Of a DNA stretch of 64,000 bases, positions 24,706-37,858 are shown piece by piece; within the stretch, counting starts at the first letter, position 1, and each line of letters starts with the position of its first letter. The DNA is taken from contig CATNEN010000011.1 in NCBI GenBank assembly GCA_950097015.1, positions 6,386,001 to 6,450,000 on the forward strand, read 5' to 3'. This DNA is from Macrostomum hystrix. Taxonomy: Eukaryota; Animalia; Platyhelminthes. A program made the translations under genes and the position numbers. A model generated the notes under the pieces. It saw nothing but the letters and a program-made list of their open reading frames with translations. It was not told the DNA's origin and made no database searches.

Positions 24706-25437
24706 TAATCGGCTAGAAGTATTATCATTTATCATGCAAAAAAATGACTAAATGGATATGCCAAGCTCTATTCTTCTATTCAGTTGATGTAAAATTGTTG
24801 TCAAAAAGTTAAACTGGCCTAAGGTAGGGGCTTTGGTCAGCATTCCACATGCAGTGAAAAATACGAAAAAGCATAAAAATGACACTAGCCTTAAATTAAT
24901 AGAAGTAGCTTAAAACACAAAATAAGTGCACAAGTGAATACTTTTGTTGAAGAAAAAAATTATTTGGTTTTAGATAAGATTTGATCCAAATTTTGTAAGT
25001 TATTCAAGTCAAAAGATTGATATTTTTCAAGAAAGATTGTGGGATCTGTGATAAATAAATAATTTTAACATGTTGACTAGTTTAAAATTAGAAACAGCTA
25101 ATTTTTACATAAAATAACAAATGTTTATGGTTTATAGGATTAATGAAATCTGTATCATGCAATATATTTTGACACTATTTTTGCATTTAAATTTTTTTAA
25201 TCAAATTTTTAGTTTTAATTAGGTGCGGCAAGTGTTCTTTAAGTTAAGGAAGACAAAGAATGATAACACGTCATGAGTGTATATTTTTTTATAAATTCAA
25301 TTTTCAGTTATCAATGCTAGACTATATCAAACTTAAAAGTTAAACTATCAAGTATTGAATAAATTTACATTAACAACACAACAACAGTCTCTCTCATTTA
25401 ATAATTCACTGTTTATCATTTAGGCATCATCAATCTT

Positions 25438-25717
25438 ATACATGCGTAACACCCAGCCGACCCGGCGGAACTGGCCAGGTGAAATGAGGGCCAAGCAAGG
25501 TAAGTTGCAAAAACCAATTGACCAAGCACAAAAAAATCAAAGGGGGGACCAAGGGACAAAAAAGGAAGGCGTGAAGAAAAGGAAGAAGGGGAGAGAGAAA
25601 AAGAGAACAAATGAGAGCAAACTAAGTCGTAAATAGAGCAATGAAACAAACTAAGTTGTAAATAGAGCAAAAACTAAGTCGCATGGCAGGCTAAGATTTG
25701 GGAGGTTGCACATGTAT
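25438..25717. mobile_element. Dispersed ~280-bp MITE-like family B, copy 1
   Basis: closely similar to 41191-41470; short imperfect inverted ends atacatgcgtaac and gttgcacatgtat; internal aactaagt(c/t)g subrepeats. Confidence 0.6.
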
Positions 25718-28700
25718 GATCAATCTCCAGAATATTCAAGTCTCCACTGAAATAATCCATGTACAAGTTGTATTCAAATACTTCGCCTGGGTAATTGTCA
25801 AAATACACAACAAACATTTTAGACAGCACATCCTGATTCCGTGCATGACAAACCTCTCGCTTGACAAAGCCATGCTCTGAAATAACTAAGAAATAAAATT
25901 AATAACATAAAGTTTCTTATTTCTACTCAATAAAAGTATAATATTTATGAATATGCTAATTAAGACAAAGACAAGACAATAAAGACAAAGAAATTTTACT
26001 TTATTAAATTTTGAATAACTTTTTTATTTGACCAATTTTGAAAACCAAGGTGTCATTTTACTTATACAACTCAGCTATTTCAAATTAACAAACAAAGAAA
26101 ATGTTTTTTGAATCTTCAATTTTCTCACTGAAGTCCCTACCTAAGGTACTTTTGTTCCATTCTTGTTTGAAACAATTGCTTTTGTGCCAATTGTTTCTAA
26201 AATTACAAAAGCAAAGGAATCTGAAAAATTGATTGTTATTTTTGTCACATGCTAATCTTAAAATATATATATTTGAGATCTTGTTAATTACCCCTGAAAT
26301 TAGAGACAATCCCTAGGCCCCTATAACTATAGGAAGAGTACAAAAGAGTAAAAGTGTATTTATGTGAACCAAAATAAAAACGAAACTGTGAATCGAAGGT
26401 AGGCCTAGCTCGGGTTTTACTGGGAGTATTGGTAGCAATGTGAATATATTTCCTATCTGAATACACACTAACTTCGGTTAAGGATCATTTAAATGGCAGG
26501 AATACATCCATGGAAATGATGTTTGACTTGACTTGGACTTGTCGGCAATGGATTTGTGTTAAATTGACATTAATGATGGTAAACCGAAGGAATATCAAAA
26601 TATAGTAACTGAGTCATAAAGATTTAGTGATTTTAAAAGTCTAAGAAGAAATAAAAGCTGAATAGATAGCGGAGTCATAAATCAGCGTGGTAGAAGTAAA
26701 AACTACACAATAAAAGTGATACGAAACACCCAGTGCGTAAAGTGCACAGAAATTACGCAGAAAAATTCCGAGTGAAAATTTAAAACTCTGCTTTTTGCAA
26801 AAAGTCTTAAATTCAAACAAGTTAAATCTGTTTAATATCTTTATCGCCTGCATTATGTTATAGCATTTTATTTTTTTGTGGCACTAGTTTTTCTAACAGT
26901 AATTGTCATGCTTTTTTAGTTAAAAAGACACATACGTTTTTAGATTTCGTATATAAGTCAGAATAAATTTACTTAAATTGGTTGTAAGGTATGCTGTTTG
27001 AAAAAAAGGTTGCTTTAATTAGTTAAGAGAACCCAGAACTATAATTATGCACTAGAATAACTTAACTACCTCAAAATTTGACAAGATGACCCGATAAAAT
27101 TTGCCAGTAAGAGGGATTATATGAGTACGGTCAGGATGGAACTCACGTTTCACTAGCGCCTCAGACCAAAAAATACAAGTTAAAAGTAACATCGCTGCTT
27201 GAAACCATTATTGGCGAATTACATTAAGATATAGTAGAAAAGCACTTTTTCATTTGTGCCGAACGAGTTAAAAAAGTAGGTTTATATCGAGTCGCTTGTG
27301 AAACGCGAATTGACAATAAATTTATTAAAAACGTAATTTGGTACGCTGTTCAGAAAAGGTGTTGCTTTAATTAGATTAGAAAACCCAGAACTCAAATTAT
27401 GCACCAGAGTAACTTAACTACCTCAAAATTTGACAAGATGACCCTCGATGATATTTGCCATAAAATAAGAGAAATTTTCGGTCCGGTCAGGATGGAAAGA
27501 TCCGTAGGACACGGGCTGTCAAAACACACCATTGTTTGTTTAACACACATGTTTTACTCCTTGAGACTGGGCAGCTGCAATACTTTTCACTTTGCATTTA
27601 CTTGTATTTTTCGTTGCCTTTTTTCTTATAAGGTGCGTACTTTATGCACCAATTTAAATAAGTTTGTTTCTGGGAACTATAATTGTTCTAGTTGCCTAAA
27701 CGATGTTTTAATTAATACAACTGATGTTTTGAGATATTTTTTTATTCTAGCTACTATAAGTTCTAAACTAGACCCTTGGTATGTGCTCAATCCGTTGATT
27801 TTTTATTTTAACACGGAGATTGGACTGTCAAACGCTTTTACAAACATGAGATTTAGCTATCAATAAAAGCGAGTTGTTTGTTCAGAACAACAATTTTAAA
27901 TAGCTAATGGGTGCTTTGGGATAAATTCAAAATGCTCATTTATTAATTTGTATAGAAGTGACTCATTTTGCTATGCGTAGCAAAATTTTTATGTTTAAAA
28001 TCTAATTAAAGATGATAAAATGAGAAATTATTACGAAATGAATGTGATAGTTGTGTAATAAACGAGCAGAAAGCTGTAAGAGGAAAAAGTGGAATGGTAC
28101 CTAATTCAATTATGTTAATTTAAATATGAACAAAGTCCAAGCTAGCTATCATTCAGCATATCAATAAAGGCTGGGCTATGTTGGCTAAGCTATTCCATCC
28201 TTGGCCTTTTGGAATAGTAGGCCTACCCACCCCTAATAACCCCACTAATGATTATAGGCTCTATTAGCTAGGCCCTACATGGCTATGTAACTAAAGCAAT
28301 ATAGATTGAAGGGTATTGCTAAAAAACTGTACCAGTTGAGTTGGAAATTGAACCTTTGACTATTGTGGCTTACCTACCATTTGTGAGCCAGGTGTTCATT
28401 GCTTTCATAGCCCTTATTTGCAGAGGGTTGTGGCTATAGATTAAGTCTAGTTCTAGCTATGGGCCTAGCTATCATGTGAATAATGATATGATTGTCTTAG
28501 GCAGAAGAAGCTCTTTTTAGGTATTATTATCATGTCCTAAATTACTAGGCATAACTTAGATTTTGATACTTCTAAGTTTGAAACATTTGTCTCAGTAGGC
28601 CTACCTAGCTAAGCCTAAACTGGCAAATAATAATTTGATAATTAGAAATCCTTAGGAGCTGCTTCTGTTATAGCGTTATAGTTTGACATTATCTATATTT

Positions 28701-29065
28701 AGTGCTTTTTTATGTGTCTATTTAAATTTGTTATGTAGCTAAATACTCATAATATCTTAAAGAACTTACCCTGCTGAATATCTAATATTAATAAGCAACA
28801 GTATCTGACAAATCATAGTTTTATTTTTTTAATAATTCAAACTGTTAATTCTCACACGAAGCCCTTAAAGTCCTTTAAAATGCATTGCATAACATCTAGC
28901 TTGGCCTATTTAAAAGGCTCTTATGCCCAAAGCTTGAATTAAACTTCTGGTTATTGTCCTATCCTTTGCCACTACCAATATTAAGAACAATTTTGGCAAT
29001 GTTTATTTTATAAATTGAAATTGTCTTGTGTCTTTTATTCAATTTTAGCCTTTCCAGTTGGCAAA

Positions 29066-30940
29066 ATGACTTCAGGTGGAAACAATCAGGTAGATCTGAA
29101 AGTAGTTCTACTTGGCAAAGAATATGTTGGAAAAACAGCACTTGTTGAGCGTTTCCTGCATGAGAGATTTGTTACTGGGCACACATATCAAAGCACCATT
29201 GGTGCAGCCTATGGTTCTAAGCGGGTTAACACTAGCAATAATGTGCCTGTGATCCTTGGCATCTGGGACACGGCTGGCTCGGAACGGTATGAGTCCATGG
29301 CCAGAATCTACTATCGTGGCGCCGGAGCGGCAGTTGTCTGTTATGACATCACCGATGCCGCCAGTCTTGAGCGGGCCAAATTCTGGACCAGAGAATTGAA
29401 CAAATATGAGGATCACTGCCGGGTGTACTTTTGCGGCTGCAAGCGAGACTTGGCCGAAGCTGATCCCACCTGTAGGCAGGTTGGCGAAGAGGAGGTTGCC
29501 AACTTTGCTGAGAGTGAGTGTCCAGGTGCTCCGTGTATTCCCCTGTCTTATCTTTCCCCAGTCTCTTCTCTCACATGTCTCACTTCTCCCAGTCTCACCT
29601 CGACCCTGACTCACCCATCTCTTATCTTATCTCTTCCGTGTCTTATCTCTCCCCTGAATCACATCTCTCTCTCTTTTCTTATCTCTTCCGTGTCTTATCT
29701 CTCCCCTGAATCACATCTCCCTCTTTTCTTATCTCTTCCGTGTCTTATCTCTCCCCTGAATCACATCTCTCTATTTTCTTATCTCTTCCGTGTCTTATCT
29801 CTCCCCTGAATCACATCTCTCTCTTTTCTTATCTCTTCCGTGTCTTATCTCTCCCCTGAATCACATCTCTCTCTTTTCTTATCTCTTCCGTGTCTTATCT
29901 CTCCCCTGAATCACATCTCTCTCTTTTCTTATCTCTTCCGTGTCTTATCTCTCCCCTGAATCACATCTCTCTCTTTTCTTATCTCTTCCGTGTCTTATCT
30001 CTCCCCTGAATCACATCTCTCTCTTTTCTTATCTCTTCCGTGTCTTATCTCTCCCCTGAATCACATCTCTCTCTTTTCTTATCTCTTCCGTGTCTTATCT
30101 CTCCCCTGAATCACATCTCTCTCTTTTCTTATCTCTTCCGTGTCTTATCTCTCCCCTGAATCACATCTCTCTCTCTTTTCTTATCTCTTCCGTGTCTTAT
30201 CTCTCCCCTGAATCACATCTCTCTCTCTTTTCTTATCTCTTCCGTGTCTTATCTCTCCCCTGAATCACATCTCTCTCTCTTTTCTTATCTCTTCCGTGTC
30301 TTATCTCTCCCCTGAATCACATCTCTCTCTATTTTCTTATCTCTTCCGTGTCTTATCTCTCCCCTGAATCACATCTCTCTCTTTTCTTATCTCTTCCGTG
30401 TCTTATCTCTCCCCTGAATCACATCTCTCTCTTTTCTTATCTCTTCCGTGTCTTATCTCTCCCCTGAATCACATCTCTCTCTCTCTTTTCTTATCTCTTC
30501 CGTGTCTTATCTCTCCCCTGAATCACATCTCTCTCTCTTTTCTTATCTCTACAATGTCTTATCTTTCCCCTAATTCATATCTCTCTCTTATCTCATCTCT
30601 CCCGCTGTCTCATCTCTTCCCCTGACTCACCTGTCCACAGTCTCATAGCTGTATTTTCCGTTCATCCCAAATTTCCCCACACAAATTCCAAACACTTCCA
30701 GGCGTCGGTGGTCGAGGATTTGAGACCTCCAGCAAGTCCGGCGAGAACATTGACAAATTGTTCAGACAGATTGCTGACGACTTCGCTGCTGAGCCCTCCG
30801 TTCTCAGCGGCACTTTCAGCAGCGGCGCCGGCGGTGGTGGCAACACGCCTGGCCTGTCTTTCTCGCTGCACCGAGGCGGCACTGGCGGCGCGAACAACAG
30901 ACCGACCGGCCGAAGTTCGCGGTGTCCCTGTTCGAACTGA
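29066..30940 (+). CDS. RAB24: Rab24 small GTPase
   Basis: Exons 29066-29513 and 30702-30940 (phase 1). GKEYVGKT P-loop, TIGAAY, WDTAGSERY (Rab24-diagnostic Ser at the catalytic Gln), GCKRD, FETSSKSG; C terminus CPCSN. Confidence 0.93.
29620..30560. repeat. 50-52-bp pyrimidine-rich tandem repeat filling the Rab24 intron
   Basis: unit tcttatctcttccgtgtcttatctctcccctgaatcacatctctctcttt. Confidence 0.95.
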
Positions 30941-31104
30941 AACTTGTTTTTATTTGTTTGTTTTTTTAGTTTGTGTTTTTTCGTACCGTAATTGTTTACC
31001 AATTGAGCTTTGTTGTTTCTGAACTTGATGCTGTGCTTCCACAACACTTCACCCTGATTCAGTTTGACTAGACTGCCTTTCAGGTCTTGATTTTTAGCTG
31101 CCAT

Positions 31105-31585
31105 TCTCCCAGATCCCATTATTGAGTAATCTTTCTCCCAGATCCTATTATTGAGTAATCTTTCTCCCAGATCCCATTATTGAGTAATCTTTCTCCCAGA
31201 TCCTATTATTGAGTAATCTTTCTCCCAGATCCCATTATTGAGTAATCTTTCTCCCAGATCCCATTATTGAGTAATCTTTCTCCCAGATCCTATTATTGAG
31301 TAATCTTTCTCCCAGATCCTATTATTGAGTAATCTTTCTCTCAGATCCTATTATTGAGTAATCTTTCTCCCAGATCCTATTATTGAGTAATCTTTCTCCC
31401 AGATCCCATTATTGAGTAATCTTTCTCCCAGATCCTATTATTGAGTAATCTTTCTCCCAGATCCTATTATTGAGTAATCTTTCTCCCAGATCCTATTATT
31501 GAGTAATCTTTCTCCCAGATCCTATTATTGAGTAATCTTTCTCCCAGATCCCATTATTGAGTTATCTTTCTCCCAGATCCCATTG
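31105..31585. repeat. 29-bp tandem repeat downstream of Rab24
   Basis: unit agatcctattattgagtaatctttctccc. Confidence 0.95.
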
Positions 31586-32999
31586 TTAAGTAGTTATGCT
31601 TCAAGATTCTATATTTTGGCATGCAAGAAAAAAAAATTATCCAGGTAAGAGGCTGCAAATTATGCAAACACATTTGATATTTCAGATGCCAAACATCCAG
31701 GTTACTTTCAAGAGTAGCATGTATTTTCGATACTTCAGATCTCTACATTCTGATTTGCGTTAAGATTTTTATATATAATTTTATAGTTGTCTTAATTTAA
31801 TTGCGAAATATGTGCAATGGAATTAGCTTGCAGTTGCTGATCTGTGATTGGCTTCAGTTCGTGAAATTAACCTAAATAAATGTTCTGCCTATCTGCTTGT
31901 CCACTTTTTAAATCCTCTAAATTTTAACTGCTGATTTCTTTCATCACACTACCAATATAATCCTTCCTTTAATTCCGTTCCGTAGTGATTTTATATTTTT
32001 AGGTACTACTTGTAGGCATATTTGCGCACTTTATGCAAATGTATTCAGTTATGTATTCAGTGGTGCTACTACATCGGTATGCGTTGCTTTCCATAGACAA
32101 TTTATTACGCACTTTCGTATGTATGCTTGTATCTTCATGCCAATCTTTAGAAATATTTCTAGATCTTGTTATAAGATTTGTCAGTTTTATTATTGTTTTT
32201 TTAATCACGCGTAAAATGTAAAATACGAGCCGTAGTGCATTAAAAAACCAGTTTCAACAGCCCGCATCCTTAAAGTATTATTGAAGTATAAAAAGTTCGT
32301 TAAGTTAACACCGGAAAAGTTACGCGAAAAACCCGGAAAATATTCGAATTGTACATGAGCCAAGAAACGTATAACATTTTTAATTAAACACAGGCAAAAC
32401 TCTGCTTTAGTACAACATATAATCTTTTAATTGCTTACATTTTTAAGCAATGAATTCTGTAAAACAAACATTTTAAGCATTTTCTAATTTTTCTTTACTA
32501 CTTCCAGTGGCAGAACACATGCGTATCTATAAATAAATACATTGGTTCGATCTCTAAATCCTAGCTCGTTGTTAGGCTGTTCTAAAACTAATTTGTTTCA
32601 CCAGATCGGCCTGATATTAAGCACCTAGCAACAAAAATCTGCCAAGTATATGCACTTCTTTTTATCATCGATAAAATCTTAAGAATCAAGTATTTCAAAG
32701 GCAGTTAAGAGACAATGCAAACTTTGAGATAGAATATGATCGAGACACACTGAATACTAATAGTTGAAAAACGGCCAAATGTCTTTTTTACTGCTGGCAC
32801 CAGTGCGGAATTTGCCTAAAGTGCATTACAGAATGAGATGTCTAAATTAATTTTCTATGCAGGGGCTTTTATTAACTTTTAGAATATGGGTATCCTTTTT
32901 TACACTGGCATCGCTGTTCCGTACAAAATTAAATTGCAGTTTATATTTGCTTCGATTATAGCTATATAACTGCTTTCATTTACAGCTATATGTATGCTT

Positions 33000-33540
33000 C
33001 GATTTCAGTTACATCTCTGCTTCGATTCCAGTTATATCCCTGCTTCGATTCCAGTTATATCTCTGCTTCGATTCCAGTTATATCTCTGCTTCGATTCCAG
33101 TTATATCTCTGCTTCGATTCCAGTTAAATCTCTGCTTCGATTCCAGTAATAACTCTGCTTCGATTCCAGGTATTCCAGCTAGCCTTAATTCGAGCTATAT
33201 ATCTGCTTTAATTTCAATTATTTATAAGCTTCGATTCCAGTTAAATCTCTACTTCGATTCTCGTTATGTCTCTGCTTCGATTCCAGCTATATGTCTGCTT
33301 CGATTCTCGTTATGTCTCTGCTTCGGTTCCAGTTAAATCTCTACTTCGATTCCAGTTACATATCTCTGCTTCGATTCCAGTTATATCCCTGCTTCGATTC
33401 CAGTTATATCCCTGCTTCGATTCCAGTTATATCCCTGCTTCGATTCCAGTTATATCTCTACTTCGATTCCAGTTATATCTCTGCTTCGATTCCAGTTAAA
33501 TCTCTACTTCGATTCCAGTTATATCTCTGCTTCGATTTCA
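33000..33540. repeat. 23-bp tandem repeat
   Basis: unit gcttcgattccagttatatctct. Confidence 0.9.
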
Positions 33541-34229
33541 TAGTACAGTATGTGGTCTCAGATTCCCGCTTAATTTTTTAGTTTTATTCTCTCCGCAGTT
33601 GCGATTCTGTGAGTATTAAGTTGCTGGAATGAGTCTAGCTCATGGTTAGTGATTGCAAAAGTCGTGTACTAGGAAATTGTACTGAAGCCATTAAAGAGAT
33701 GAGATTTCGTCTCGTGAGGCGTTGCTTGCAAACAACTGCAGTAAGAAATCTATATTAAGAATTAATAATGATAAAATGGGACAATGCCAAGTTTATTACA
33801 GTAATATTCTCTAACAAAAGCTTAGCTAGCCAGCAAGGCTCTGATTGAGTGTTGTTGTCGTGCAGTCTACATACAATTAGCCTGAGCAGGGTGAGATTTG
33901 CCAGGAGTTTTTCAATCGCGCAATTGAAGTGCACGTTGAGAAAAAAATGCGTAGCGTGGAGACCCTCTTGACAAAGGCTTTGTTAAAGTGTCTTCTTCAT
34001 GCGCTTGATTTTTGGATTTAGCATAGGTATTTGGGGATTGGGATAAATAATTAATCTCGTCTCCTCCCACCGGGCTGGTCCATGAAGTGCATGTTCTGTA
34101 TTCCCCTACTGAAGGCTTAAATTTAGTTTTAACCGACTCAGTTTAAGTTGATTCTTGCAATTTGCTCAAGTTTGTCAGGTTTTCCGCTGACGGAGCACAT
34201 AAATGAAACTTTAGAATCCCAAGATAAGG

Positions 34230-35228
34230 ATGCGATCCCAGGACTTCCCTGAAGAATTTGCCTACTGCGGATCAGACACCTGCGCCCGAAATCATCTGCA
34301 CCGACGGCCGAAGAAGACAAAGGCTTCCGCGGCGGCTGTTGCGGCTGCTAGGCGACCGGCGACCGCTGCCGCTCAGTCTAACACTAGCAAGCAGCAGCAG
34401 CAGCAGCAGCAGCCTCTATCCAACCACATCAAATCCACATCATCAGCGTGCCGCCAGATCTCGCTGCAGCCGAAGGTGCTGAAACCGCGCCAGGCCCTGC
34501 TGCTGCTGGAGCGGCGACTGTCCAGGCGCCCCGATTCGGACGCGGACGCCTTCGCCAGCCCCTGGGCGCTGCGTCAGCGGGCTCGAGCACTGGACGCCCT
34601 GACGCCAGCCGCGGCTGGACGCTCCTCGCCGGTCAGTCAGCAAATCTACGGTGTGTGGGAGCGGGTGCTGCACACGTATGCAACGGTTGCCGACCTGTCA
34701 GAGCCGGCCAGTCGTGAGTCCACCAACATCGTCCGCTGCCGGACCGCGGTGGCGCGGTCCTCTTCGACTGCGAACTCAACAGCCGCTGCCTCAGCTACAG
34801 CGGCATGCGGAGGCTCTGCAGACATTGAGTTCTCGCCGTCCACCGAGTCACGGTCAGCTGGACTGCGTTGTCAGGATCGCGACTCGCTGCGACCCGCCAG
34901 TTGCTATGCGAATCGAAGATGCAATCTGGCTGAAATCGCTGCGGCGTCGGCTGTTCGAGTGAAAAATTTTCACTTCCCAGCAACTGCGGTGACTGCAGCA
35001 GCAGCAGACACTCAGTGTGAGGCTCGGGAAGCTGTTCAGGCCAACCCGGCAGGTGCCAGACCGTTGCATCTGCGCCCGGTGCGTCGGCCAGCCAGTCTTG
35101 AGCGGTGCTGGATCTCTCCAGCAGTCGGCGACTGTCCAGCTGGCCTCTCTGCGTCAGCTAGTCGGCCGCAGTCGAGACAGCAGCGACTGTCAGCTGCACT
35201 GGCAATCAGCGCTTTGAAGTCCTGCTGA
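34230..35228 (+). CDS. Uncharacterised 332-aa Ala/Ser/Arg-rich protein with poly-Gln
   Basis: 999-bp GC-rich ORF in AT-rich surroundings; in-frame upstream stop; acceptor tttgtcag at 34178 and a candidate 5'UTR micro-exon 33599-33608 (ctccgcag..gtgagt); no recognisable domain. Confidence 0.6.
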   Translation: MRSQDFPEEFAYCGSDTCARNHLHRRPKKTKASAAAVAAARRPATAAAQSNTSKQQQQQQQPLSNHIKSTSSACRQISLQPKVLKPRQALLLLERRLSRRPDSDADAFASPWALRQRARALDALTPAAAGRSSPVSQQIYGVWERVLHTYATVADLSEPASRESTNIVRCRTAVARSSSTANSTAAASATAACGGSADIEFSPSTESRSAGLRCQDRDSLRPASCYANRRCNLAEIAAASAVRVKNFHFPATAVTAAAADTQCEAREAVQANPAGARPLHLRPVRRPASLERCWISPAVGDCPAGLSASASRPQSRQQRLSAALAISALKSC

Positions 35229-35654
35229 GTTCGGCTAGTGAATTTGCACTGTGAACCAAACCCTGCTTTTGCTCTGCTAGACCGGGGAGAGATGAGAGAG
35301 GGAGAGATTAGACACGGGAAATATCAGACACGGAGATTTTATACAGGGAGAGATGACACTCCCGGTGGATATAGCTAAGCATAGAGTCACGGACCCGATG
35401 AGACAACAGAACATGTTGACTTTGAGCATATTTTGGGACAGCTTTCAATTCAGAAGCACGCGTGAACGCCCATTAATTTGTATTCCACAAACTCCACGAA
35501 TGAAATTATTTAATAAATAAATAATAGTAATAGATTTCTTATCTCAGCGACTAAGTTCTTGAGGACTTAAAAAATGACAGAAAATGTCATTCTCTGAAAC
35601 ATTTTTTTTCCGTAAGGTGTACCTGTACTCATAACAAATCCATCCATTGGCAGT

Positions 35655-36430
35655 CACCTAATGATGCATTTACAGTACTGCCTGTCACCTAATGATGCAT
35701 TCACAGTACTGCCTGTCACCTAATGATCCATTCACAGTACTGACTGTCACCTAATGATGCATTTACAGTACTGCCTGTCACCTAATGATGCATTCACAGT
35801 ACTGCCTGTCACCTAATGATGCATTCACAGTACTGACTGTCACCTAATGATGCATTCACAGTACTGACTGTCACCTAATGATGCATTCACAGTACTGCCT
35901 GTCACCTAATGATGCATTCACAGTACTGCCTGTCACCTAATGATCCATTCACAGTACTGACTGTCACCTAATGATGCATTCACAGTACTGCCTGTCACCT
36001 AATGATTCATTCACAGTACTGACTGTCACCTAATGATGCATTCACAGTACTGGCTGTCACCTAATGATTCATTCACAGTACTGACTGTCACCTAATGATG
36101 CATTCACAGTACTGACTGTCACCTAATGATCCATTCACAGTACTGACTGTCACCTAATGATGCATTCACAGTACTGACTGTCACCTAATGATCCATTCAC
36201 AGTACTGACTGTCACCTAATGATGCATTCACAGTACTGCCTGTCACCTAATGATGCATTCACAGTACTGACTGTCACCTAATGATGCATTCACAGTACTG
36301 ACTGTCACCTAATGATGCATTCACAGTACTGACTGTCACCTAATGATGCATTCACAGTACTGACTGTCACCTAATGATGCATTCACAGTACTGACTGTCA
36401 CCCAATGATGCATTCACAGTACTGACTGTC
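35655..36430. repeat. 31-bp tandem repeat (~25 copies)
   Basis: unit tcacctaatgatgcattcacagtactgactg. Confidence 0.95.
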
Positions 36431-37293
36431 AGTCACAGTTCATAGTGGAAAAATAAGAGAGCTGCAATCAAGTTTTATATAGTAATACTAACGTTAATAA
36501 TTATATTTATGGCTAGTAACCAAAAAGCATAATGCTTTTAATCCCAATTATATTTACCGGAATGCCAACATTTTAAGTTTCGGTTAATTTTTGGCCGATA
36601 TGAAGGTGATACAAGAGAGAAGTTGAAATAGTCAAAAGTACAAAAAAGTAAGCTAATCAAAGCAAGCCATTTGATGGAACTAGTACACCCTTTTTAGCAT
36701 ATACCATGCTACTTATAGTAATCATTTAAGCCAAAACAAGTCTATATAAGTTTAGATAAAATTACGTTTTACGCGCAACCAACGACAACTCAAGTAGAAA
36801 GTTAAGGCAAAACAATAGGATTAAAATCATTTGCTTAGTTTTTTAACAGCGACTACTGCTTAACAACTAAAAACCGATAAAATACACTCAAACATTTGAG
36901 AAAACGTGCAGTTTAGCATTTGTAGGTTCGTGCAGTTACATTCAAGGGATTTTAACACTTTGGTACTTTGTTTAAAATTGTTTAAAAGAGAAAGAAATGT
37001 ACATTCACAAAATAGTACTACTAAGAGTACAAATTGAAGAGAGCTGCCCATAAATCAGTTACTAAATTATAAAACATACTAGGTTTCTAATAAGGAGACA
37101 AAAATTAGAGCGATTAATGAGTAGGATATTTATGAATAGGTAGAGTATGGATAGCGGAGGGAACTGAGACAGACGCAAAGGGGAATCGGGGTCAAGGAGC
37201 GGCGTGTTCTAAAAAATGGTTGCCGAGTTTCATTAGATTTTACAACAATGTGAACGGCCTCTTTTACTTGGCTCCAGAGGCGTGACAGATGCC

Positions 37294-37858
37294 TCACTTG
37301 CTAGCCTTTAGGAAGGCCTTTCCTTCCTTGGCGGTTGTTTTCATTGTGCCGGCACGCTTCGGCGAAGCCTTCTTGGCCGGGGCTGAGGCCGGACGGGCCT
37401 TCCTGGCGCGCAGCTTGCGCTCGCCCGAAGCACTCACCTCCTGGAAAAGGCGGAGTGAGAGTGATGGGATCTGTGCCGACTGGCCTAACATTACTGACTT
37501 ACTGACATAACTGCTGCCTGCCTGACTTCACTGCGGACTGTCTGACATCTCTGTTGACTGTCTGACACCACTACTGACTTGTGACATCACTGCTGACTGT
37601 CTGACACCACTGCTGACTGTCTAACATCACTGCTGACTGTCTCACATCACTTCTGCCTGCCTGAAATAACTCCTAGAGTTTCAAAAGCCCACGCAAATTA
37701 TCCCAGCTCACATGTCCCAGATAAGCCTTGGCCTCGTCAGCGATCTTCTGCATAGTTGAGGCACGCTTAACCTTCGTCTTCTTGATGACATTGGTCACAG
37801 CCCGAGTGTCGCCTAGCTTGTTGGCCTCCTTACCAAGGATCTGTTTGGCTTGCTGCAT
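37294..37858 (-). CDS. Small basic Lys/Arg/Ala-rich protein (H1-tail-like or sperm nuclear basic protein-like), two exons; 5' end uncertain
   Basis: Exons 37858-37712 and 37440-37294 joined in phase 0 (cat|gtgagc, ttttccag|gag); 97 aa with about 26 K+R; contains SPKR and PAKK. Confidence 0.65.

Noticed and set aside
28140-28640. Cluster of taggccta/tagcta palindromes
   Set aside because: Low-complexity sequence with no larger symmetric structure or defined termini
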